The notes under the pieces are model-generated. The model was not told the DNA's origin and did no database searches. It saw only the letters and a program-made list of their open reading frames with translations. A program made the position numbers and the translations under genes. A DNA stretch of 64,000 nucleotides from an uncultured Clostridia bacterium (GTDB lineage: Bacteria > Bacillota > Clostridia > Christensenellales > UBA1242), in NCBI GenBank assembly GCA_944383245.1, contig CALWOU010000002.1, positions 70,417 through 134,416 of the forward strand, given 5' to 3'. Shown piece by piece: positions 10,066 to 18,756 of the stretch. Positions within the stretch are counted from its first letter, which is position 1, and every line of letters begins with the position of its first letter.

Positions 10066-10908
10066 ATGTTAGATATAAAAATGTTGAAAGAAAAACCGGA
10101 AGACTTAAAAAATTATTATAAAATTCAAAATGAGTATGAGTTGGAGGGTAAGTTTGATGTAGATATCGACCCAATTGACTATTCTGGTGCGCTTCCTGTT
10201 GATGAAAATTTTGATTTTATTAAAAAAGGTTTTAAAAATTGGATTAAAAAGCAATTCTATCTCTGCGGACTTAGAATTTACACAAATAAAATTTGCAAAA
10301 TGCTAAAACTTGAAATTGTGGGCAAGGAAAATTTAAAAAAAGTTAAGGGCGGTGCGATAGTCACGTGTAATCATATAAGTAAATATGATTCTTTCCCTGT
10401 TAGAAAAGCGTTAGGCGCGGATATTTACTACGTTGCAGCGGATTTTAACAATTGGAAAGGCAAAATGGGAGATATTGCTAGAAACACCGGTTATCTTCCG
10501 CTATCTAACAAATTTAGCGTTATGCGAAAATTCACTGAGGCGATAGATTATCACCTAAAACGTGGCAAAAAAGTGCTAATCTATCCAGAGCAAGCAATGT
10601 GGCGCGACTATAAAAAGGTGCGTCCATTTAAAAATGGCGCTTTCCATTATGCTGTTAAAAATAATGTGCCTGTGCTTCCACTTTTTATCACTTTGCGTCC
10701 AAGTGGAATTATTGAGGACGGAGTTGAATTTAATTATTTCACTTTGCATATTCTTCCACCCGTCTATCCAAAGGCAGAATTAAACGCAAAAGAAAATCTT
10801 GAGTTTATGCGTAAACTTACATATAATGAGTGCAAAAAATGCTACGAAGAAACGTATAATGAAGAGTTGAAATACACAACACTCGACCCTAAAAAAATCC
10901 AAATTTAA
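10066..10908 (+). CDS. Lysophospholipid (PlsC-type) acyltransferase, second paralogue
   Basis: HX4D motif NHISKYD, YPEQAMW block, NNVPVLP block shared with the 8496-9371 product. Confidence 0.75.
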   Translation: MLDIKMLKEKPEDLKNYYKIQNEYELEGKFDVDIDPIDYSGALPVDENFDFIKKGFKNWIKKQFYLCGLRIYTNKICKMLKLEIVGKENLKKVKGGAIVTCNHISKYDSFPVRKALGADIYYVAADFNNWKGKMGDIARNTGYLPLSNKFSVMRKFTEAIDYHLKRGKKVLIYPEQAMWRDYKKVRPFKNGAFHYAVKNNVPVLPLFITLRPSGIIEDGVEFNYFTLHILPPVYPKAELNAKENLEFMRKLTYNECKKCYEETYNEELKYTTLDPKKIQI

Positions 10909-10936
10909 CCTAATCAATTGATTAGGTTTTTGTTTT
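10907..10936 (+). terminator. Rho-independent terminator
   Basis: AACCTAATC / GATTAGGTT palindrome followed by a T-run. Confidence 0.7.
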
Positions 10937-10986
10937 TTCTAATTTGATTATTTGAAAAAATTTATTTAATATGTTAAAATAGCATA

Positions 10987-11340
10987 ATGAAAAGTTTTGA
11001 ACTAGTTGAAAAGAAATCGCGTTTTATTGGATTAAAATTTGATTTAAATTCGCTTGAAGATGTGAAAAAAATAATAGAAAGCGTGAGAATAGAACACAAA
11101 AAAGCGCGCCACGTGTGTTACGCATATGTTTATAATCGCGAAGTTGTGAGTGAAAAATGCTCTGACGACGGCGAACCAAAAGGCACGGCAGGTTATCCAA
11201 TTTTAAACGTAATGAAGAAAAATAATGCAACAAATTGCCTAGTTATTGTGGTTAGATATTTTGGCGGAATTTTGCTCGGTGCTGGCGGGCTCACTCGCGC
11301 CTACACAAAAACTTGCGCTGGCCTATTTAATAATAATTAA
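10987..11340 (+). CDS. IMPACT/YigZ family protein, N-terminal domain only
   Basis: DDGEPKGTAGYPIL and VVRYFGGILLGAGGLTRAY are the UPF0029 signatures. 117 aa, so the usual C-terminal domain is absent. Confidence 0.7.
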   Translation: MKSFELVEKKSRFIGLKFDLNSLEDVKKIIESVRIEHKKARHVCYAYVYNREVVSEKCSDDGEPKGTAGYPILNVMKKNNATNCLVIVVRYFGGILLGAGGLTRAYTKTCAGLFNNN

Positions 11341-11446
11341 ACAAAAACAATCAGAGTTTGATTAACATTATAATTTCATTTAAATTTTTTGTTGGTCTTG
11401 ACAAAAATTTACTACTATGTTAAACTAATCCAAAGGATGTGGCACG

Positions 11447-11785
11447 ATGAAAAGAAGTATAGAGAGTATGAAAAGATTTGTAACATTTGAAGAATTGCAA
11501 AGTTTAAGCGACGATGAAGAATTATTAGTTTCAAGAATTTCAATCAATGCACTATATGCTTTTGCGCAGTTAGGTAAATTTAAAAATAAAGAGAAAATTG
11601 AACTTATTGATATGGCACACAAAAGATTGAGAATTGCCGATGACGTAAACTATCAAAATGGTCATCACCAACCAATTTGGGGAATAATATTGACAGCAAA
11701 AGATGTAAAAATCATTTTTGACGACCCAGAATTATATTCTGAAGCAAGCATAAGAAAACAAAAAAACGAAATTAAATCACTCTAA
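11447..11785 (+). CDS. Hypothetical protein
   Basis: 112-aa ORF. RBS AAAGGATGTGG upstream. Promoter TTGACA-N17-TAAACT at about 11399-11428. No recognisable family. Confidence 0.4.
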   Translation: MKRSIESMKRFVTFEELQSLSDDEELLVSRISINALYAFAQLGKFKNKEKIELIDMAHKRLRIADDVNYQNGHHQPIWGIILTAKDVKIIFDDPELYSEASIRKQKNEIKSL

Positions 11786-11796
11786 TTTCGTTTTTT
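11761..11796. terminator. Bidirectional terminator (its 3-prime half is duplicated at 13281-13297)
   Basis: A-run, CGAAATTA (11767-11774) / TAATTTCG (11783-11790), then a T-run. Confidence 0.65.
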
Positions 11797-11830
11797 ATTA
11801 TATCAAACATAACCTATCATTTATATTTAA

Positions 11831-12820
11831 TTAATTGTTAGAAAATTTATAATTTTTAAGTATTTCAATATCTCCAACAATTCCCATAGAATCTAATATG
11901 CTATTATATGAATCATTGTTAATTCTTTTTTTCAGATTATTCAATAAAGATTTAAATTGAGCCGAAAACTCTGAGAATTGAGATTTGTCCAATAAGATTT
12001 TGAAACATATAATGAGACCAAAAACATCATTGAGTCCATATTTGTATCTTCCTGTGGAACTAATTATTGGTATATTGTATAAGTTAAAAATTTCTTTTAA
12101 ATCGTTTTGATTTAGACTTCTTTTTGTTTTGTAACAATACACAATTTCGTTGTGTGCACATTTGTTTCTAAATAAAAGCAATAACATTAACATATTTTCT
12201 AGCAATTTAGATTTTACACCAAATGTTTTTGAGATAGTGTATTGGTCTGGTTGTTTCATTTTAGAATATAATAAACTAATTGTTCCTAAAGTTAGAATAT
12301 TCGACACAACCCAAAATGGATAATATCCATAATTATTTGCGTACCACGTAATAGAATTGTGTTTGTTATGTTGTGAAGAAATGCTTTTTAATATATCGTT
12401 ACGTAAATCTATAAATTTAATTCCATTAGATTTATTTGAATCGGGTTTGTAATAAATTGGTTTCAAATATTCTTTTTCTTTTATTCCAAAATTTTGCGAG
12501 ATAAAATCAGACATTCTTGCTTTAACTTTAACTTCGATATGTGATATATTTTTTTGAATTAAACTTTTTAAATCTTGATCAAACTTGTATAGTTGATATA
12601 AATCTTCAATATCCGTATTAGATTTAAACTCGTGTTTTATATTACCATCGTCATCTTTTTTTAAAATAATAAAAGGAAATTTATAACCATTTATTAATTT
12701 ATAATAGCCAATGTCAGACAAATATTTTCTTACTAATTTTTCGCTTTTTATTTGTAATCCTTTGCTTTTTAATAGTTCAATTTGCTCTTCAATAGTTAAA
12801 TAGACTTTTTCGTTTTTCAT
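11831..12820 (-). CDS. Abi_2 (AbiD/AbiF-like) abortive-infection family protein
   Basis: Start moved to ATG 12820 (RBS GGAG). N-terminus KVYLTIEEQIELLKSKGL and central CAHNE-containing region are as remembered for Abi-like (Abi_2) proteins. Confidence 0.7.
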   Translation of the reverse strand: MKNEKVYLTIEEQIELLKSKGLQIKSEKLVRKYLSDIGYYKLINGYKFPFIILKKDDDGNIKHEFKSNTDIEDLYQLYKFDQDLKSLIQKNISHIEVKVKARMSDFISQNFGIKEKEYLKPIYYKPDSNKSNGIKFIDLRNDILKSISSQHNKHNSITWYANNYGYYPFWVVSNILTLGTISLLYSKMKQPDQYTISKTFGVKSKLLENMLMLLLLFRNKCAHNEIVYCYKTKRSLNQNDLKEIFNLYNIPIISSTGRYKYGLNDVFGLIICFKILLDKSQFSEFSAQFKSLLNNLKKRINNDSYNSILDSMGIVGDIEILKNYKFSNN

Positions 12821-12880
12821 ACATTCTCCAATTGAGAACAATTTACCATATATTTACGAAAAATGCAAGTTAATCATAAG

Positions 12881-12918
12881 AAAAAACTCCAGGCCCGCAG
12901 GTTGCTGGAGTATGATCA
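12881..12918 (-). repeat. 38-bp terminator-like module, copy 1
   Basis: On the minus strand: CTCCAG-N12-CTGGAG followed by TTTTTT. The 27-nt core 12881-12907 is identical to 13010-13036. Confidence 0.6.
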
Positions 12919-12951
12919 ATCTTTGGCCAAGATTGCTCTTAGCTTGCTTAT

Positions 12952-12980
12952 AATATAACATAAAAAATGTTGTAAGTCAA
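12952..12980 (-). promoter_or_regulatory. Strong promoter reading toward module copy 1 (possible sRNA/leader of about 65 nt)
   Basis: Minus strand TTGACT (12980-12975), 17-nt spacer, TG-extended TATATT (12957-12952). Confidence 0.45.
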
Positions 12981-13009
12981 TAGTTTTTGCCGGATTATTT
13001 TTAAAAATG

Positions 13010-13047
13010 AAAAAACTCCAGGCCCGCAGGTTGCTGAAGTTTGATCA
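13010..13047 (-). repeat. 38-bp terminator-like module, copy 2
   Basis: Same core as 12881-12907. Two substitutions in the 3-prime part weaken the stem (CTTCAG vs CTCCAG). Period 129 bp. Confidence 0.6.
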
Positions 13048-13296
13048 TTTATATTATGCATCGAGTTATCAAATTTATACAATTCTCCAAATTAATTATA
13101 ATATTTAGAATAAAATTTGTGTTTGAAATTTTAAATGGTTATTAAAGAAATGTTTTGTTTTTTTAAACTATTTTTGAACATATTGTTCGCTTTTGTTCAC
13201 AGTTTTATAAAGTTGTACGCACGTTCTATACTCGCCAAAAATAATTGATTTTAATTTTTTTATAAGTAAATTTATAAATATAATTTCGTTTTTTAT

Positions 13297-14049
13297 TTAT
13301 ATTGTAAGGGTTACGTCCATAGTTTTTAAATAACGTTTGGCATATTCTTCATTTTTTTCACATTCTTTGTATCCGTTTTTTCTAGCGGAGTGTTCTTCAA
13401 TTATTAAAACTTTTATTGCATTCATAAAATCTATGAAATTAGTGTCTAAATTAACTGAATTATTTATAATATCTTCCACAAGTATTAGCGAAATTTTTGT
13501 TGACATCTCGTCCGCATCAATCTCGCTACAATGAATAATATTTAGATTTTCTAAATGTTTATTTAGGGCATGCCTTAAGTGTTTTTTATTTCTGCTGTTA
13601 ACGTTGCTACGATAGTTATATTCAGTGCGTTTAACGTTTTTGTCAAAATCTTTATTATATTTGCGTGATTTGGTTTCGTGTTGAACAATGTGTTGAAATT
13701 CGTGACCTGCGTCAATAATTAAATAAACAAGTTTTTCATATAAAAAAGCGTCAGTTTTTCTGCCATTTGCAAATTTTTTATCTAAATATACTTCATAATT
13801 GTGCTTAACGTCCCAAAGAAGATATGCGTAACCGTCGTCTTTTGATAATTTGCTAAAATGAAGTGTTGTGTTTATTTTAGTTGTGTCTATGTGTTCCTTG
13901 CGCATAAAATATTCATAATAAAGGTTTAATAAATTTGTTGCCTCGTCCTTACAATATTCTTCATGCTCATTAAAATTTACAAAAAATTGAGTTATTAAAC
14001 CTAAAATTTCTTGATTAGATAAATTTGGAATTTTATATAACTTACTCAT
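13297..14049 (-). CDS. Hypothetical zincin-like protein (HExxH)
   Basis: 250 aa. GHEFQHIVQHE contains HExxH followed by xxQ, reminiscent of zincin/DUF4157-type motifs. No signal peptide. Confidence 0.4.
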   Translation of the reverse strand: MSKLYKIPNLSNQEILGLITQFFVNFNEHEEYCKDEATNLLNLYYEYFMRKEHIDTTKINTTLHFSKLSKDDGYAYLLWDVKHNYEVYLDKKFANGRKTDAFLYEKLVYLIIDAGHEFQHIVQHETKSRKYNKDFDKNVKRTEYNYRSNVNSRNKKHLRHALNKHLENLNIIHCSEIDADEMSTKISLILVEDIINNSVNLDTNFIDFMNAIKVLIIEEHSARKNGYKECEKNEEYAKRYLKTMDVTLTI

Positions 14050-14214
14050 AATTTTATTGTAAACCTAAAAGTTAATTTGTCAATACCAATTTTGAAATTT
14101 GTGAGAAATACGAAGCATTTTACTTTAATATATCTAGTGAAATTTTTTTTAATAGCAATTAATTATTAATTAAATAATATTGCAAAAAACTGATATTTGT
14201 GCTAATATAAACTT

Positions 14215-15909
14215 ATGATTAACATTAAAAAGATTATAGCGGACACGATTAATTATTCGGGTGAGATTAATTTAGAAGATTTAATTATTGAAAGTGCGTC
14301 AAAAGATAAGGGAGATTACTGCCTTCCTTGTTTTACTTTTTCAAAAATATTGAAAAAAAGCTCACAGGTGGTGGCGGAGGATTTTCAAAAAAGTTTAAAA
14401 CCATCAAATCTTATCGAAAAAACTGAGGTTGTTAATGGCTATTTAAATTTTTTCTTAAATGTGAGTGAATTGTCGAAACTAATTTTAGAAGATTTAACAG
14501 ATTTATTTAAAGATACAAATAATAAAACAATTTTAAATGAAGGTAAGGGCAAGGTTGTTTGCATAGATTATGGTAGCCCAAATTTAGCAAAATATTTGCA
14601 TATTGGGCATTTGAAAACTTTGATTATTGGCGAGAGTTTATGTAGATTATTTGAACTTTTTGGCTACACTGTCAAACGTCTTAACTTTGTTGGGGATTAT
14701 GGCACTCCTTTTGGAAAAATTATAGGTGGAATTCAACTTTTTGGAAGTATGGAGGAAGTTCTTAAGCGCGGTAACGACGCATTGCAAGATTATTATGTTA
14801 AATTCAACCAATTAGAAGAAAAGGACGAAAAGTACAGCCAAATGGCGCGCGATATCTTCAAAAAAATTGAAAATAGAGATGAAAAAGTTTATCCTATCTA
14901 TAAAAAAATTGTTGAAATTTCGCTTGCCGACGCGATTGAAAAATTTAAACTATTAGGTGTAACTTTTGACGATTACAGGGGTGAAATGTATTATAATCAA
15001 TTTGTGCCAAAACTGATTGAAAAATTAACCTCTTTAAATTTGCTTTCAACTAGTCAGGGTGCAAAAATTGTGGATTTATCCGCTTATGATATGCCTCCAG
15101 CAATTATGATTAAAAGTGACGGAACAACTTTATATGCCTCGCGCGATTTAACCGCCTCAATGCTTAGATACGAAGATTATAAATTTGATAAAATGATTTA
15201 TTTAACTGCGGTTGAGCAAATTTTGCATTTCAAGCAGTGGTTTAAAGTTGCAGAACTTATGAAAGCGGACTTTTCTTCTGCTTTAGAGCACGTGGCATAC
15301 GGAAGATTTAGCCTGCCTGAGGGAAAAATTAGTTCGCGAAGAGGCAAACAAGCAGTTTTGGTTGACCTTCTTGAATATGTGTTAGAAAAAGCAAAAGACG
15401 TTATAAAAGATAGGCAATTCACAATCGAAAAACCAGAAGACGTGGCAAACAAGGTTTCACGTGCAGTGTTGAATTATAGTGTGTTGAAAGTGGAGAGAAG
15501 CAAAGATTGCGTGTTTGACGTTGAAAAATCATTCTCATTTGAGGGTGAAACCGCACCATATATGCAGTACACTTACACTCGTATTGAAAGTATTTTGCGT
15601 AAATCTAAACTAACAATTAACTCTGAATGCGATTATTCTTGCTTTAATTCTGACGCGTTTGACATTGTTAAAATGATAAACGATTTTCCGCTTGACTGCA
15701 AAACTGCGCTAATAAAACGTGACCCAAGTTTTGTGGCAAAGCGCGTTATGGATTTATGCAAGGCATTTAATAAGTTTTATGCATCCACAAAAGTCTTGGA
15801 AGGAACAAGTCAAGAAATAAACGCAAAAATAAGTTTACTAAACAAATTGAAAGACACCCTAAAACAAGGTTTTAATTTAATTTGTATTGATACGTTGCAA
15901 GAGATGTGA
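14215..15909 (+). CDS. argS: Arginine--tRNA ligase
   Basis: 564 aa. Class I HIGH motif (LHIGHL). N-terminal Arg_tRNA_synt_N-like region. C-terminal DALR anticodon-binding-like region ending in M. Confidence 0.93.
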   Translation: MINIKKIIADTINYSGEINLEDLIIESASKDKGDYCLPCFTFSKILKKSSQVVAEDFQKSLKPSNLIEKTEVVNGYLNFFLNVSELSKLILEDLTDLFKDTNNKTILNEGKGKVVCIDYGSPNLAKYLHIGHLKTLIIGESLCRLFELFGYTVKRLNFVGDYGTPFGKIIGGIQLFGSMEEVLKRGNDALQDYYVKFNQLEEKDEKYSQMARDIFKKIENRDEKVYPIYKKIVEISLADAIEKFKLLGVTFDDYRGEMYYNQFVPKLIEKLTSLNLLSTSQGAKIVDLSAYDMPPAIMIKSDGTTLYASRDLTASMLRYEDYKFDKMIYLTAVEQILHFKQWFKVAELMKADFSSALEHVAYGRFSLPEGKISSRRGKQAVLVDLLEYVLEKAKDVIKDRQFTIEKPEDVANKVSRAVLNYSVLKVERSKDCVFDVEKSFSFEGETAPYMQYTYTRIESILRKSKLTINSECDYSCFNSDAFDIVKMINDFPLDCKTALIKRDPSFVAKRVMDLCKAFNKFYASTKVLEGTSQEINAKISLLNKLKDTLKQGFNLICIDTLQEM

Positions 15910-15910
15910 A

Positions 15911-15937
15911 AAAATGAGAGGTTTCTCTCATTTTTTT
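15911..15937 (+). terminator. Rho-independent terminator after argS
   Basis: ATGAGAG (15914-15920) / CTCTCAT (15925-15931) followed by a T-run. Confidence 0.7.
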
Positions 15938-15941
15938 CACA

Positions 15942-15985
15942 TAGTTATTAATTAGTTATTAATTAGTTATTAATTATTATATAGT
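15942..15985. repeat. 11-bp tandem repeat (TAGTTATTAAT, about 3.5 units)
   Basis: Direct reading: atagttattaattagttattaattagttattaattatt. Confidence 0.7.
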
Positions 15986-16079
15986 TGATATTTATTTTAA
16001 TTTATTATTTAATTTTCACTTAAGTTTAATAAATTCTAATTTATTTTTTATAATCATTTAATTTTTAATGTTTATTAAT

Positions 16080-17516
16080 TTACACAACTGCTTGCAACAT
16101 ATCTGCGGTGATTATGCCTAAATCAGCTGTAACCTCAACAAAGTTTTCAGTTTCAAGGTGGAGTTGAACATTGTCGCCTTCGCGAATTGTTAAAAGTGCG
16201 TTTTCAAGGTCGTAATATCTTATGAAATCTTGCCTTTCACCATTAATTGTTATGCCAACAAATGTTTCGCCTTCTTGCAAATTGTTTGATGATGCAATGC
16301 TATTTGAATTCACAGCAACTATAACTGCCTCGTCGTATATAGTGCTCTCGCCTGTTGTTGGATTATAAATGTTTTGCCTATTTAGGCAATCGACACTAAC
16401 TCCCAACACCAATTTTTTAACTTTAATGTTAGTTTCATTAGTAGTCTCAAAACTGTCTATAATATTATCTGCCACGCGAGTTACATTATTATATGGAAGG
16501 GCGTATGACATATTGTCAATAGGAGAACCGTCCGAGGCGTAAACGAGTTTTGCGTTAACAATTCCAATAAGTTCGCCCTTATCGTTAAACAATCCGCCAC
16601 CTGAATTTCCTCCGTTAACTGCTGTGTCGATTCTCATAACCCTGAAATTTATAATTGTGCTTTCATCTGCGCCCTCCATAACAAGAGATTCGCTATCCAC
16701 ACTAATAATTCCCTTTGTTACACTCACTCCGTCGCCTTCTGGATTTCCAATTGCAATTGCAGTGTCGCCAACTTCATAACCGCTTGCAATATCCACCGCG
16801 CGAGTGTTTTCATTAACCGACAACAAATCATTAGTGTTAACGCGAAGAATTGCAATATCATAAGTCATACTTCCGCCAATATAATTGCATTTAATTGCAT
16901 CTCCGCCAAATTCAACCGACGCAACATATTGAGAGTTTCCCGTTCCTGTAATGTCACAATCACTTCCATAAAGATAAGCATAAATATTGCGCGCAATCTT
17001 ATTTGTGCTAGTGGTATTATTGTAATACACAACGTGATAATTTGTTATAATGTAACTATAATCATCATTCATCTTGTAAATTATACCGGCACCTGCGCCA
17101 ACACTTATTCCGCTCCCGTAAGTTGGAAATTCACTGTAGATTGAAACGGCAGAAAGAAGAGCCTTATTAATTGCGGTTTTTTCATTATTATCTTCAATTT
17201 CAATAGTCAAATAATCTTGCAAAAACTCTTTAAAACCTGCCTCATTGTTGGTGTATAGGTCTGGGTCTAATTCGATTAGGTAATTGAAAATTTCCTCAAT
17301 GCTAACCTTTTCAGCATCGGCACCATCCTCTCCATTTTCAACAGTAAAATTGCTTGTGCTACCATCCGAATATGTCACTGTGTAAATATCTGAATTTTCT
17401 AAAGTTTGAGTTTTTTCAATGTTTGTTACATACGCACTGTCATTAAAACAACCGGTAAACAACAATGCACAAGGAATTAAAACTAAAACTAGTAAAAAAT
17501 ATCTTAACTTTTTCAT
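16080..17516 (-). CDS. Lipoprotein, trypsin-like (S1C/HtrA-like) serine protease
   Basis: Lipobox LLFTGC. Catalytic triad context ITNYHVV (His), YDIAILRV (Asp), GNSGGGLF (Ser). Confidence 0.8.
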   Translation of the reverse strand: MKKLRYFLLVLVLIPCALLFTGCFNDSAYVTNIEKTQTLENSDIYTVTYSDGSTSNFTVENGEDGADAEKVSIEEIFNYLIELDPDLYTNNEAGFKEFLQDYLTIEIEDNNEKTAINKALLSAVSIYSEFPTYGSGISVGAGAGIIYKMNDDYSYIITNYHVVYYNNTTSTNKIARNIYAYLYGSDCDITGTGNSQYVASVEFGGDAIKCNYIGGSMTYDIAILRVNTNDLLSVNENTRAVDIASGYEVGDTAIAIGNPEGDGVSVTKGIISVDSESLVMEGADESTIINFRVMRIDTAVNGGNSGGGLFNDKGELIGIVNAKLVYASDGSPIDNMSYALPYNNVTRVADNIIDSFETTNETNIKVKKLVLGVSVDCLNRQNIYNPTTGESTIYDEAVIVAVNSNSIASSNNLQEGETFVGITINGERQDFIRYYDLENALLTIREGDNVQLHLETENFVEVTADLGIITADMLQAVV

Positions 17517-17757
17517 TTTTCCCCTCTTTTAATCGCCTTGTAAATTCTTAATTTGTTTGTTTTGTGGAAATATAAACAAAAATATGTTGTATTTTTAACC
17601 ACATTAATTATTATATCACAATTTTTAAAATGTTATATTATTTTAAGCACATTTTTTATAAAATGAAAAATTTATTTTAAGTTAAAATTAAAAATATGAA
17701 CTTTAATATGTTTTGAAATTTACAATATTTTTGATAAAATAAATAAAAGGATAAATT

Positions 17758-18537
17758 ATGGAAAACGAAGAGGATAAAAGTTTGCACGCAGGTCATAGGC
17801 AAAGATTGCGTGATAAAGTTAAGAATTTTGGGTTAAAATCGCTTGCACCACACGAAGTGCTAGAACTTCTTTTAACTTACACCATTTCAAGGAAAGACAC
17901 AAACAAGTTAGCACACCTTTTAATAAACCGATTTGAAGGATTTTCAGGGGTGTTAGATGCCCCTATTAGTGAACTAATAAAGCAGGCAGGAGTTGGAGAG
18001 GAAACTGCGATATTTTTGCATATGTTGCCCGACTTATTTGAAATTTACAAACAAGAAAGAATAGAGTCTAGCAGAGTCTATTTAAAAACAACTCGCCAAT
18101 GTGTGGATTTTTTCCGCTCAAATTTTGAAATTAAAGGGCACGAGAGTTTGTATGTGGTATGTTTGAATAAGGCGTGCAAAATAGTGAACAAATTTGAGTA
18201 CAAGGGAATTGATGATTGCACAATAAACATAGATTTAAAAAATCTTGCCGAACAAATCGCAATAAATTCAGTGGCCTCAATCGTTTTATTTCACACTCAT
18301 CCAAACGGCGAGGCAATTCCAAGCAATCAAGATATAGAAACCACTCAATCTATTTTAAATATGTGTGCAATGTTAAATATTGCAATTTGTGACCATATAA
18401 TACTTAATGAAACCACTCACTATTCGTTTGGGCGCGAGGGCAAACTAAAAGAGATGTATAACAATTACTTTAGTCTGTTTGCAAACAACAGGCCAAGTCC
18501 ATTTTTGCGTCAAATTGCAAATTTTTCTTACAATTAA
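17758..18537 (+). CDS. radC: RadC-like JAB domain protein
   Basis: N-terminal HAGHRQRLR and helix-hairpin-helix region. JAMM motif HTHPNG...S..D. Confidence 0.85.
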   Translation: MENEEDKSLHAGHRQRLRDKVKNFGLKSLAPHEVLELLLTYTISRKDTNKLAHLLINRFEGFSGVLDAPISELIKQAGVGEETAIFLHMLPDLFEIYKQERIESSRVYLKTTRQCVDFFRSNFEIKGHESLYVVCLNKACKIVNKFEYKGIDDCTINIDLKNLAEQIAINSVASIVLFHTHPNGEAIPSNQDIETTQSILNMCAMLNIAICDHIILNETTHYSFGREGKLKEMYNNYFSLFANNRPSPFLRQIANFSYN

Positions 18538-18643
18538 TATCAATAAGCAAGAAAGTGATTGGCTGATAGTCGGCAGTGGTTAATAAGTTTAAAAATTAAA
18601 CATAAAAAATAAGGCAGAGCGTAAAAATATAAAATAAATTTAT

Positions 18644-18670
18644 ACTTATCAGAATACTGATAAGTTTTTT
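18644..18670 (+). terminator. Rho-independent terminator after radC
   Basis: ACTTATCAG / CTGATAAGT followed by a T-run. Confidence 0.7.
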
Positions 18671-18676
18671 ATTTAG

Positions 18677-18728
18677 TTATCACAATAATGATAAATGTGT
18701 TGACTTTTATATATGTATATGCTATTAT
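18677..18728 (+). promoter_or_regulatory. Promoter with upstream palindromic operator candidate
   Basis: Palindrome TTATCA-N6-TGATAA (18677-18694). TTGACT (18700-18705), 17-nt spacer, TATTAT (18723-18728). Confidence 0.5.
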
Positions 18729-18756
18729 TATGTGTAATTTTAGATTAGGAGGCAGT

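Noticed and set aside
12880-13047. Micropeptide reading of the duplicated 38-bp module (..I(I/K)LQQPAGLEFF..) on the minus strand
   Set aside because: Neither copy has a Shine-Dalgarno sequence. One would need a TTG start. The module folds as a hairpin followed by a T-run, so a terminator is the simpler explanation.
14050-14214. T-box or other riboswitch leaders upstream of argS, asnS and gltX
   Set aside because: No GGTGGTACC-type T-box sequence, G+C-enriched structured leader or terminator/antiterminator pair is present. The upstream regions are plain A/T-rich promoters. asnS instead has the TTTCCACA palindromes reported separately.
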